Assembly (NCBI RefSeq): GCF_018350175.1
Contig: NC_058368.1
Span: 146,818,001-146,882,000 of the forward strand
Length of the DNA stretch: 64,000 nt
Reading direction: 5' to 3'
From: Felis catus
Lineage: Eukaryota
Shown here piece by piece: positions 25,347 through 36,565 of the stretch; position 1 is the first letter of the stretch; every line of letters begins with the position of its first letter. The translations under genes were made by a program, and so were the position numbers. Below the pieces are notes generated by a model. It ran no database searches, was not told the DNA's origin, and saw only the letters and a program-made list of their open reading frames with translations.

Positions 25347-28300
25347 GTGGGGAGGACAATGGGAGGGAGAAGAACTGGAGGGAGGGGGGAAGCAAATTGC
25401 TGGAAAAACCAGAGAAATCCAGGATTCTGGGCTCCAAATCTGATCTAAGATTTAGAGGTCTTCAAGATGAAGGAACTAGGAAAAGAATTATAAATGGACC
25501 TGAACTAGGCTGCATTCTGTGGCGAACTCATTTGTATGTTAAGCTAAACAACATGGGCTAAGGTTAATCAAGTACTCTGGTGAATTACCATCTACACCAC
25601 ACATTGATTACTGATCTTTAAACAACAAAATGCAACAACATATATTTAAAGCTAGCTCAGTATCAGACAAAATTGAATAAATAACTACAATTCAGACATT
25701 TTGGGGTCTTACCCATGTTCAGAGTTATCATTATGAAAATCTGTCATTAGAGTATCAAGGCTCGGAAATACCATTTTAATTTCATTTAATTTAACAAACA
25801 TGTCTGGCACCTTCTATACGCAGAGGACTGACTAAGACTCTGAGACATAAGGATTAATAACACACTGATGTTATCCAACTCAGTGGACATTGATAATTGA
25901 TAAAGTGAGAGTTAAAATCACACACAATGGCAAAACTCATTCTTACCAATTTTTTCCTGGGTTTCAGTTCATGGTCAGCTGTTTTCCCCTTTGTTCTTCC
26001 CTGGGATGATGTCTTTCCCTCTTCTGTATGATTTTCAACTACCATTTTAATACTAAAGACTTCCAAATCTATTTTCAGCCATGAGTTCTCTCCTGTGCTT
26101 AAAATATATACATTCAACTCACATGGGTTCTCCACTGTCCTGTCAGTCTTTCCTAAATTAGATTCACAATATTCTTCAAGAAACCTTTATTCTTCCTTTA
26201 TTCTCAATCTTGGTCTATTGTATTTCTCTTCATGTTAGAAGAGAACATGAAAAAGTCACACTATCCTTGACTTCTTTCTTTCATCCAATAAATGCATCCT
26301 TTTTAGATCATGCCTACACTGTTCCAAAGCCTCTCTAAACTCATTTCTAGGCTTTAGTGTTGCTTTTCTTAAATTTAGAATTTTTTGAAATTATCAATTA
26401 TTTCTACTTACATTATTCATTTTACACCAATTATTATTGTTTAAATCTGAGAAGATTTTATGCACTTAACAACACTGAAAGTGGGAAGAAGACTAAAAAG
26501 GAAACAAAGACTGAGTCAGGGAATGGCCTGAGGTTGGGAAGTGTTCAGACATCTGGAACATAGGCACTTGGGATAAAAGGCCAGGAGATGAAGGAAGCCC
26601 CATGTTCTGCACTGTACTGTGCATTGACAACAACAGTAAGCATTTATAGGGCACCTACTGAATGTGAGCATCTATATCTTCTGGCTAGGTGAATTAATGC
26701 AGATAAATGTTCCTTTTCCTCTAGGCTGCCGGGAAGAAAGGGAAGGAAACGGGACTTTCTAAATCTGGGTTATCTGACCTGGCAATTTAAAAAGTGGTGA
26801 GCATATCTTTATATAAGAAAAGATAGTATCTTACAGGACTAGCAAACTATGGTGGCATAATCCAAGGAATGTAATCAATGAGAACATAAATCTGAAACAA
26901 CCAATAAAATATGACTATTGTTATACTGTATGTTAATTAAACATAAAACGGGAATTTACACAAATGACTATGATTAGTGTTTCTTATATAAAGCCAAAGC
27001 AAATGTTTCATTTTTTTCCTGTAGTTAGTTTTCCAGAATCTAGAATCAGCATCAATGTCAAAATTTCTCTGTAGCTAATCATAGTTAGGTACCTGAGCAT
27101 AATTTAAAAGATATTGACTTTGACCCATCTTTTCAACACGAGGCCTCTTTCCTATGCTTGCCCTACACATATTTCATCTTCTTCCCTCAGCCCCTTCACT
27201 TAGAGGAGTCCTGGGACCAAGTATGTGGATTCCTGTTGCTCTTTCCCTCTATACCTGGACATTCAGGGTGACCTAAGGGCTCAAAGAGTAGAACATAAGA
27301 AGCTCTAGGTGCCCTCTTTGTCCAGGGGCAGCGACCCAAGTGCTGCAGAGGACGTGAGGGCAGGTTTTGGCAAAGTAAAGGGATGGGCTTTGGAAGCCCC
27401 TCCAGGTAGGAGAGGGGAAACTTGGTCTGGGCAAAGCTCTGGGAAGAGGATGAAAGGACAGGTTGATCCGGCTCAGCTGAAAGGAGCCAATCATTAACAG
27501 GATCCAACATCCTTCAAGTTTCTAGAAATGGGCCTTGAGGGAGTCCCTCTAGCCTCACACACGGAATGGGGTAACTGAGAGATTGAAGACCATGGAGGAC
27601 TAAATCAGCTTAATTACACCCTTTGGTGTAAGGATAGGAAGGCCCCCAAATGTTTGAAATTCTTTTTACAGAAAACAAAACATTTGCTTTAGGGACATAA
27701 AAGGCTTGAAATGTAAATGCATGAGTGAAACTCATTCACACTGAAGTGTAATCAGTCAGTCAAGAAATCAATAAACCAGAGAAGTATCAGATCTTCCGGA
27801 GTGGGGGTAGAGAGCAGGAGTCTCACTTTATGAGGTAGAGGCGAGGTGGAAAGTTTGGATAAAGGCAAAGAAAAGAGACCCAGGAGACTATGAAGCCAAA
27901 CTTCACCTATGTGGCAAATTTTACTAGTGATTCATGATGTGCGTCCATCTGTCTTCTCCACTAGCTTGTGAACTCCTTGAGCCAATTACTGTGCAACCCC
28001 TAGTATGGTGCCTGGTGCAAATGGTAAGCACTACATCATCCTGTGCTCAATCTGAATTTAGCTGCAAACTGGCAGACAGCAACTGTGTGCAAATGAATTT
28101 TTGCTTTTCCTGTCCATCCAAGCAGACGGATTATTGGAACCCTAGCCCTCCTGGAGTTCTGGAGTGTCAGAGCTGCCCTCCCAGGCCCATCTGTGCCCAC
28201 ACAACCGAATAAAACAAAGCTCTTATCCGCTCAGCTAGATAGCAAATAAGGAAAATGATTTTGAAGATGTATGCCCCAAATTCTCTTAATATAAAAACTA

Positions 28301-28921
28301 CGAGGCTAGACTTTTTTAGTTGTTTCTGTTTCTCAGTATACCTTAGGATCCTGTGCATTTTAGATCCATTATCATTAATTTTGACTTTCTGATTTTTTTA
28401 GAATGAGTTTTCATGGAAGGGTCCCAGCACATAGTGCTAGCATAGTACCTGGCAAATAGCAAGTATTTGATAACTTTTCATTGAATGAACAAAATGAATG
28501 CAAGAATGATCAAATGAAGTGATCCCCAATTCAAAATAAGAGAGTCAAAATAAGAAAAAATCAGACAGTGTAGGTGGAAACTGATCCAAGATATCCACGA
28601 AACTTTAAAAGTTTAGGAAAATCCAGATTTACCATAAAAATAATTTGAATTTTATTTAACTTAATTGGATTTTATTCAATACAGTAAATGTAACTGGAGT
28701 ATAGTAATTGGAATTTAGTAACAAATCAACTGATTTGTGTTCCCTGTAGGGAAATTTCTATGGCTTCCAAGACTGAGAACCAACCCCTGAACTGTAGTCA
28801 GTTTTCTGTTACTTTTATTTTGTGAGTTTGTTTTGTTTGTTTTTGTCTTGCCTTGTTTTGCAAATGGCCTCCTGGCCTTCTAGCAATCCCTGCCACCCCT
28901 ACCTATATCAGGTGTCACTCT

Positions 28922-28941
28922 CCCCCCCCCCCCCCCCCCCC
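28922..28941. repeat. Poly(C)20 tract (G-quadruplex-capable on minus strand)
   Basis: Seen directly. Confidence 0.97.
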
Positions 28942-30141
28942 GTTAGACTATAAAACAATGAATAGAAGCTCAAAATAGTCCAGCACCATTTGATATTTTA
29001 AACAAATCCTGGCTTTATCTGAACATGGCTAGGAAGTCTTCAATCCCAGGAGCCTCCTCATCTCCATCGCCAGGAGAAGCCATTCTGTGGACCTACTACT
29101 TATAGCTGAGAACGCAGTAGCAACAGAGCATTTCAGAGAGCTTGACTGGGTCTTTCTCATAAACTCTAGTATCCTTAAGTCATCTGAAATCATTAATGAC
29201 AATTTTGTAATCCATGTCTGAACTTCTTCTTTCACGGCCTCTGACTTTTAGGTGCTTAAACTACAAGTATGGGATTCATTCTAAATCACGAGGATGGTCA
29301 GAGGAAATTGTTAACAGAATGGTTTGTTTCTGGTGGATAACAGCTTATTGGAAATAAGAATTAAGATAATATGCCTTATTTTACATGATTGATAGTGTTT
29401 TCAGCCACCACTTCTGATCAACTCAGGCTATAATTTTGTGGAATTAATGAAAAAGGACTTAATGAGAGGCTGTCCTTCTTTCACCGTGTAGGTCTCACGG
29501 CCATACACAAAACCAAAGTTCCCTAAATAGGGAACTTCCATTCCACACCAGCATGCCCTAACTCGATTTGTGGATGACACCTCTAGAGCTCAGGAAGTAA
29601 CAAATTAATCATTTTTTTCTTACTGAGGCATTTTACCTTCTAATGTGAATTTCAGAACTTGTCTTGATTAATGTCAGTGTGCTGAACACTGTTGCCATTA
29701 AGTCATAGATCTTGCAAAAAGCCAATTGGAATAATAATTCATGTATCTCCTGGAGAAAAGGTTTTCCAAATTCTCAATGCAGTATTCTGATGGATTAATC
29801 TATGCCTTCCTGATGCTCCTTTCAAACACTGGCTTTCCTTGCAATAGTTCTTTTTTTAGGATTTTTTCTATCATGTCAATTTAATGAAAACGATGTTCCT
29901 ACTTCAAAACTGCATATGAGCAACAGGTATTGAAGACGTTGTTCTACATGAATTATTAGTGTTTGAGGGCAATATTCTGTAAAATATTCCTCCAGGACCC
30001 CCAAACAAATTTTACTACTATCCTTTTACATTTAATGAAAAAAATGTCTAGGGAATATGTAATAATATATGCTAGTACATGTGTGCTAGTCTTTTAATCT
30101 AGTATTTATTTACCCATTCAAACTCAGTAACACTGAACTTT

Positions 30142-30217
30142 ACAGAAATATATTTCCATGTGAGAAACAGTGATTCCAGACAGAAATATATTTTCATTTG
30201 AGAAAGAGTGATTCAAG
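30142..30217. repeat. 38-bp tandem duplication, 2 copies
   Basis: acagaaatatatttccatgtgagaaacagtgattccag / acagaaatatattttcatttgagaaagagtgattcaag, 4 mismatches. Confidence 0.93.
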
Positions 30218-30574
30218 ATTCCAACTCTCCAGTCCTTTCTTGAGCTAGGTAGGTCATGACATCCTTCTACAAAACACATCCTGTGTTGGAAGTGAGTTAC
30301 AGTTATTAAACTATATCCTCATGGAGGCAGAAAGTTGATGGTAAATTACCCAGTAAAGATTAAGCTGATTTTAAATGCAACCACTGGGAATTTAATCAAC
30401 TGTTAAGTGGTGCCTTGATTTTTAAATTATATGAAAGTCACTTACCGTATTTTCTACTCTGAGCTCCTACCCCAACATCTGGCATATAGTTAGTGTTCAG
30501 TGTCAACCCAATGGAAGTCTCAGATTTTTTTTAGGGAGAGAGGCTGGTGAAAAAAAAAACCTTCTTTGACTCAT

Positions 30575-30588
30575 CCACTAGGTGGCAC
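30575..30588 (+). promoter_or_regulatory. CTCF core motif
   Basis: CCACTAGGTGGCAC fits the consensus CCASYAGRKGGCRS at every position. Lies about 3.5 kb from the CpG island. Confidence 0.65.
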
Positions 30589-33135
30589 ACAGGGACCGTA
30601 CTTCACACACACCATCACAGAGTCTACATTTCATGGTGTAAATAAAGAGCTGCATTATTAATTTATGCTATCACGGCCACTCTACACCTAATATTTGCTT
30701 AACCAGCTGTTTCCTCTAATTCTCCTTAAACACTATTGATTAAAATCCTAAGCATATTCAGGGTTCCATCCCTCCCCATTTTCCTCCAACAATATTTTGT
30801 TACCTTTAAATAACAAACTAAGTACATTTAAATAGCACAAGCCAAGTACCATGGTTACTAATAATGAATCCAGGATGTTGGAAAATCAACTAAAGGCAAC
30901 AGAAGACTCTGATGTAAAAGTTATTTTCAAATTTGCTTTGCATTGTGTTGGAATTTTAATTGGTGGAATACCATTCCCTTAAAAATGTAATCTGGAAAAT
31001 AAAACATGCATGGGAAACACGCAAAAGGAGATGAAAAGAAAGCTGGCACTAGCATTTTCTGGAAATGAGAGTTATTTTCTGAAAATGATTCACGTTCATT
31101 TTTCCTGAAACAAAGTCCAGTGTTACCTTAAGATTCAAAGACTTCTTCAACTCTTCAGAAAATACCAGCATTCCACAACCAAGATGTTAAAAGGCAGGAC
31201 TGTTCCGTAAACCATCTACACATAAAGTATCTTTCTGCATATTCCGCCAAATGTATTTATCCTGGATGTGTTACTTGCTCCCAAAGGAAGGAAGAGGAAG
31301 TGAAACTACTAGGGATATAATGAATTGATTCTTCTCTGTGAAAGTCTCTTCAGTACTTCTAAATTACAGTGTCCGTCATTCCTCTGAAAGACAGGGCCTG
31401 CTGACAATAAATAAACGGCTCACTTTATAAGAACATGATGCGCTCCTCTTTCTTCTTTTCTCATGGAAAGCCCAGGCCCACTGGACACTTCTGTTTGGAA
31501 TACTGGCTTCTGGGCATGTTCTCCCAGGGGGCCAGTGATCTTTTAAGTTTGTTGGTTTTCTCTTGCTCATTTAATTAAGCTTAAAGAAAATTACTCCTAC
31601 TTATCTATTTTTTCCCATTTTTAAGCTGTTTCCAATTTTGTGAAGAGGTTACCAAAAATGTAACGTCAGCTCTTAGCTTAAACAATTAAATTATTAAGAA
31701 CAGATAGCCCGCAAATGACTAAAGACTAATAAATGTTCAATAGACCTCTGGCATACATTCTATTTCACTGAATGGAATTGAAAACTTTTTTTATTAGTAG
31801 AAATAAATGCAAATGAGGATAAAAACTAATGTAAGAATTAAGAACTATCACACTAAAAGTTATCCAAAAGGAACTTGTGTGATATATTTTTGGTACAACA
31901 ATATTCCCATTTTATGATTCCATTAAAATATTGAAGTCACTGGAGTATGTATAAAATTACTGCAAAATTTAGTACACTGAAATAATCAAATAGAATGATT
32001 ACCAGAAACTACATTTGTAATGAATAAATATTACATTTCACTTAGAAATTAATTCACAGGCTTTATTTCTTAAGAACCGTTAGCTTCCAAGAAGCCAGCC
32101 AGTATGTTTGATTTTATGACATCACGCTGGAACATGTACAGGAACACTTTCCACCCTAAAAATTCCCAAATGTACTAGCCACTTTGTGTATTTTTCCAGT
32201 GATAAATGAAAATAAAATAACTTATTTTCAAAGTAATAAACCATCTCATTTTGAACACAACAGTCAAATTCAATGGAAGAAAACAACTTCATTTAAGCCC
32301 CAAAGTGTTCAGATTTGCTTAGGGTGGTGAACATTCTCAATACATAAATCGTTTAACCAACTTTTAAAAGTAATCTTAATAACTATGACTTTAAAATATT
32401 TTTCAGTGCCTTAAAATTATCTAGCAACATCATTCTATGTATGACACACATAATTCTATAATCTTAATTTCACAATTAATCAGAGAAGCTGGGAACAAAA
32501 CTGGTAACACCTCAAAGATTATCAATCTAACAGGTATTACCTACATGATTGCCGTATCTTTTTTTTCCACACAAACTTATATATGCCCTAAAATAAAACT
32601 CATAAGTCTGGAATGGTCATTCCCATTCATTAGCATTTCCTTCAATCTATACTATCTTTTTTTTTTTTTTTTTATAATTTCAGGTGCAATAAAAATGCTT
32701 GTTGAAACACAGATGGAAAAGCCAAGAGTTGGAAACCACATGCCTACCAGATTTATAGTAGCACTAGCAAAACCCAGGATACTAGAGTTAATCCTTACCC
32801 CAAAGTAGACTGAACTTTTTTTATTGCACTTCAGCATTTTGTCTGACAATATGACTCTTCAAAAAAAAAAAAAAAAAAGTGGAGATGTCATGTTAAACCC
32901 AAAAGAAAACTACAGAAAATAAGAAAAATTGTTTTAATGTATGTATGCATCATAATATGTATTGCTCTCTGAAATCTTAAAGGCACAAGGTTTGAGAGGA
33001 AGAGTGAAAAATTTATGGAAGTTTTACCTTGTCCTGAAATCCAGAAGTTCAGATGCTCTCAAGTCCTGCTGAGGTTGGAGCCTGGAGATCAAGTGAAGCT
33101 AGCGCTCTTTCTCCTCACCTTAAGTTTGTCTCTGG

Positions 33136-33139
<4 letters not shown>

Positions 33140-33166
<27 letters not shown>
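33140..33166. repeat. (GT)n microsatellite
   Basis: Seen directly. Confidence 0.98.
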
Positions 33167-33596
33167 CGCAGAATGTGTCTTTGTGGCGCTGGATGGCAGA
33201 GGTCCTGGTCCTGGGAAGAAGGAGGCACTTTCTCACCAAGAGCAGAAGAAAAGCAAAGCGTCACCAGGAAAGTTCTCCTCCCAGATCCCCTAATTACAGC
33301 CTAACGTGCACTTCATGCAAACTTCAGGGAGGAAGGGAGGGGCAGCTCTGTGCCCAGATCTTGTGAAACAGCAGCTTCTTAGATGACTTTCCACTCTGCT
33401 CAGATCCCTGAGTATCCCGCTCAGGGGTTCAGGGAAAGCAGCAGCTACAGCCGCAACCCCCACCCACACCACACCTCCTGAACTCTCACCACTCCTAGGT
33501 CTGTACAGAGGGGCTGGGTAAGGGGTCTGGAGGATGGTCTATGGGGCAGCAGTGTGAGACAGAAACTCCAGGACAGTGCATTTTCGCGCGCTAGCT

Positions 33597-33637
33597 TGTG
33601 TGTGTGTGTGTGCGTGCGTGCGTGTGTGTGTGTGTGT
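33597..33637. repeat. Compound (TG)n/(CGTG)n microsatellite
   Basis: Seen directly. Confidence 0.95.
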
Positions 33638-33999
33638 ATGTTTGCCTTGGTTAAAAGAAAAATCCAAAGGTAGAAAAGGTCCTGGCTTTTCCACCTCCCT
33701 CTCCCCAAAGTAGACCTAGGGTGAATAGGTAGAGAGGGAATCATGACAACAGGAGACAAAATTTCATAAACTGGAGGTACCGTTCCACCCAAATTGCAAG
33801 AAGTGTAGTTTCTTGTTAACTGGACTCAGTTATCAATCTGGGTTTGACTCTCCCTTAACAAACAACTGCTATTGTATCCTTGGATGACAGAGCTCAAAGA
33901 ACCTGGATTTATTTATAGAGTGAGGAATGCGAGGGGCAGACGAGATGGGTGGGGTTGGCTTATGGATCCATACCCAGGATTAGAACCAGATGGGCACAG

Positions 34000-34860
34000 G
34001 GTGAGCGCGCGCGCGCGCGCAACACACACACACACCCCTAAAATAACCACTGGGGAAGATGCTGGGACACGCGGGAAAACGCCTCCTGAACAAACAGACG
34101 TTTATTTATAACTCCTGGGAGAGTATATAGGTCCATTGATTCCCGCCTTGAGTAACCAAGGGTTTTGGAGAGGAAATGGCTTCATATTTCAATAACAGAG
34201 CCACCTTTGATGGAGCCTAGGAGGGGAAAAAAAGAAACACACCGCAGGAAGCAAACGGCTGTTGAAGCAGCCGGGAGGGAGCGGGGTTGGCCCGGGGATG
34301 AGGACAAGCAAACAAGCCTGAGGGGCTCCGGGCCAGCGAGGAGGCGAGACGTGGGCTGGCCCGCCCGAGAGCCCGGGGGTGCAGGGCACCGTGGGCGCGG
34401 GGCGCTGGGAGGCGTCCAGGGGCTCGCGGCCTCATGCCGGCTCTGGCCCGAGGGCCGGGGAAGGCGCAGGCTGGACTGACTGCGGGCTCTTCACGACCAC
34501 CGCTGCAGCCCAGCTGGGGCGCTCGTGGGGCGGGGAGACCCGTGGGGCAGAGGGTCCGGCGGGGCCGAGGACTGATGAGCAGAGGGATTGGCGCGGCTGG
34601 GGGACTTGCGGGCAGATGAGCTAGTGGAGTGGCGGCGTCAGTGGGACACAGGCGCAGTGAGGCAGGGACGTCCGCGGGGCAGGTGACTCGCGGGGCAGAT
34701 GAGCTGGCCGGGCGGGGGGACGAGGGCGCGGGCAGGGCAGGGCAGGGCAGGGCGAGAGGTCTGAGCTGCGCCCGAGGCGGCGAGCGGCGCTATTGTCTCA
34801 GAGATAAAGTCTAAGCCTAAACCGCGGTGGTGGCTTCCCCTTTGGAGAGAGGCGGGAAAG
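34000..34860. promoter_or_regulatory. CpG island, probable promoter (likely of a minus-strand gene, possibly bidirectional)
   Basis: The only long GC- and CpG-dense unique segment in an AT-rich window. Contains GC boxes (ggggcggg), ATTGG (reverse CCAAT) at about 34587, (GGGCA)n, and a nearby CRE-like tgacgta at about 34913. Confidence 0.85.
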
Positions 34861-36525
34861 AGATCTTAAAATAAATTTAAAAAAAATCACCCCCCCCCCC
34901 CCAGCTTTCCCTTGACGTATTTCACTGATTCTTGCCCCAGACTCGTCGTCCTTGCCATTCAGGTGCTTGGTAAATTAACACGTGCCTCTTGGAAAGATTT
35001 TGTTCCAAAAACAAACCCAACACCCATAAATCCTCACTAAAAGAAGACAGTTATATTCAAACTGAAATAATTAAAAATGAATCTCCCAACAGCCAATACA
35101 ACACCTTTCTTGTACAGTCGTTCCAAAACCCCGGGAAGACGCCGTTTTAGTCATTTTTTTCTATTTCTCCCCACAGAAAACAGGCCGCTAAAGGTTTTGC
35201 GATTTTATGTTGTTAATTTAATGGCTATTGAGACAGCTGTTATAGTATAGGCCCCCACATTAACTGCCAATAAAAATAAGATACCTCTCTGCTTTTCAAT
35301 CATGAGAAGAGTTTTTGTGCCATTTCTTGTAAATGTTCATGATGATCCGTATTTTAAGGAACATAAAGGAATTAGACTTAAAAACAAGTATCTTACAATT
35401 TTTATATCAAAGCTTCATAACGATGGCGAGGCTGGTAGTGTGTGGTTATGAAATCGTGTAAAGAGAGCTTAGACCCTAATCTTGTTCTTTCAGCTTAAAA
35501 ACCTAATTTCTGGGAGTTGCTTGGAGAGCCCATCAGATGGGCTGGCCCATGGATGGCACTTGTTCCCTTTATTTTGTGGTCTGCTCCATGAATTTATTCT
35601 CTTCAGAAATTGTCTGTTAGGCACACAAGACCATCTGTTTTGCGATTTGGTTGGATCGCAGTGAGTTCTTCTAGAATTTTTTTTTGTTTCAGTCTCAGGT
35701 ACAACTCCACCAAGTGAGATAAGCTTCAAGAAATAACCACAGCTACTTACCTCTACTGTTCCAGACAAGAGTTATCCTACCCTTATTTCCTAGATCCCTT
35801 TCCAAGTTACCTAGTTACTAGTCTTTGTTAAAAGATCTCCAGTATTTTTAATCACAGATACTTAACCTGCCAAAAGTGTGTGTTTTAAGTCTTATTCAGA
35901 CTTAATTTGACATTATACTTTTCCATTCATTTTTAATTTCACATATTTTAGTAATTATTTAAAATTTACACTGGAATCAGCTTTAAGAATATTAAAATAT
36001 TTTTATGTTTAAGTTAATTAATATTCACCTAAATAATGCTTTATAGAGGTAGACATTACTTTCATCTGTTACTATAATTATGGATCAGGGCAAAGTCATA
36101 TTAATAAATTTTGGTTAAAAAGTCTAATTAAGGAACTAACTAAATAAATTCAAATCTATTTCATGACCAAATATTTTGTGAAAGTATAAGTTGTGAAAAA
36201 AAATGGAAGACCCAAATACTTGCATTCTGCGTATGAATCTTCTAATTATTAACATTAGTAATTCATGTGGAAACACATGCTTTTCATGGCATATTGAGGT
36301 ATTTTTGGTTTTGTTTGGGGAAGGCAGGGCAACCAGCTTTTTAACGTTTTAAGAAAAGCCAAATCTTTTCTCCAGTATTAATTTTTAAAACGACTATGTG
36401 CTTAAAATATATGTCAGGTTCTACCTTAAGTTACTTGGCTAGTGCTCGCGATACAAAACCTAAAAATCAAAATTGAAAATCCAGGCCAGTGCGAGGAAAA
36501 GCAAATACAAATTTAGAGCTAATGG

Positions 36526-36527
<2 letters not shown>

Positions 36528-36564
<37 letters not shown>
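36528..36564. repeat. (AC)n microsatellite
   Basis: Seen directly. Confidence 0.99.

Positions 36565-36565
<1 letters not shown>

Noticed and set aside
29492..29508. Resemblance to the 5S rRNA 5' end (gtctcacggccatacac)
   Set aside because: Only about 17 nt with indels and no continuation; likely chance.
34165..34814. Overlapping Gly/Arg/Ala-rich ORFs in the CpG island
   Set aside because: Expected stop-codon scarcity in GC-rich DNA; no recognisable domain.
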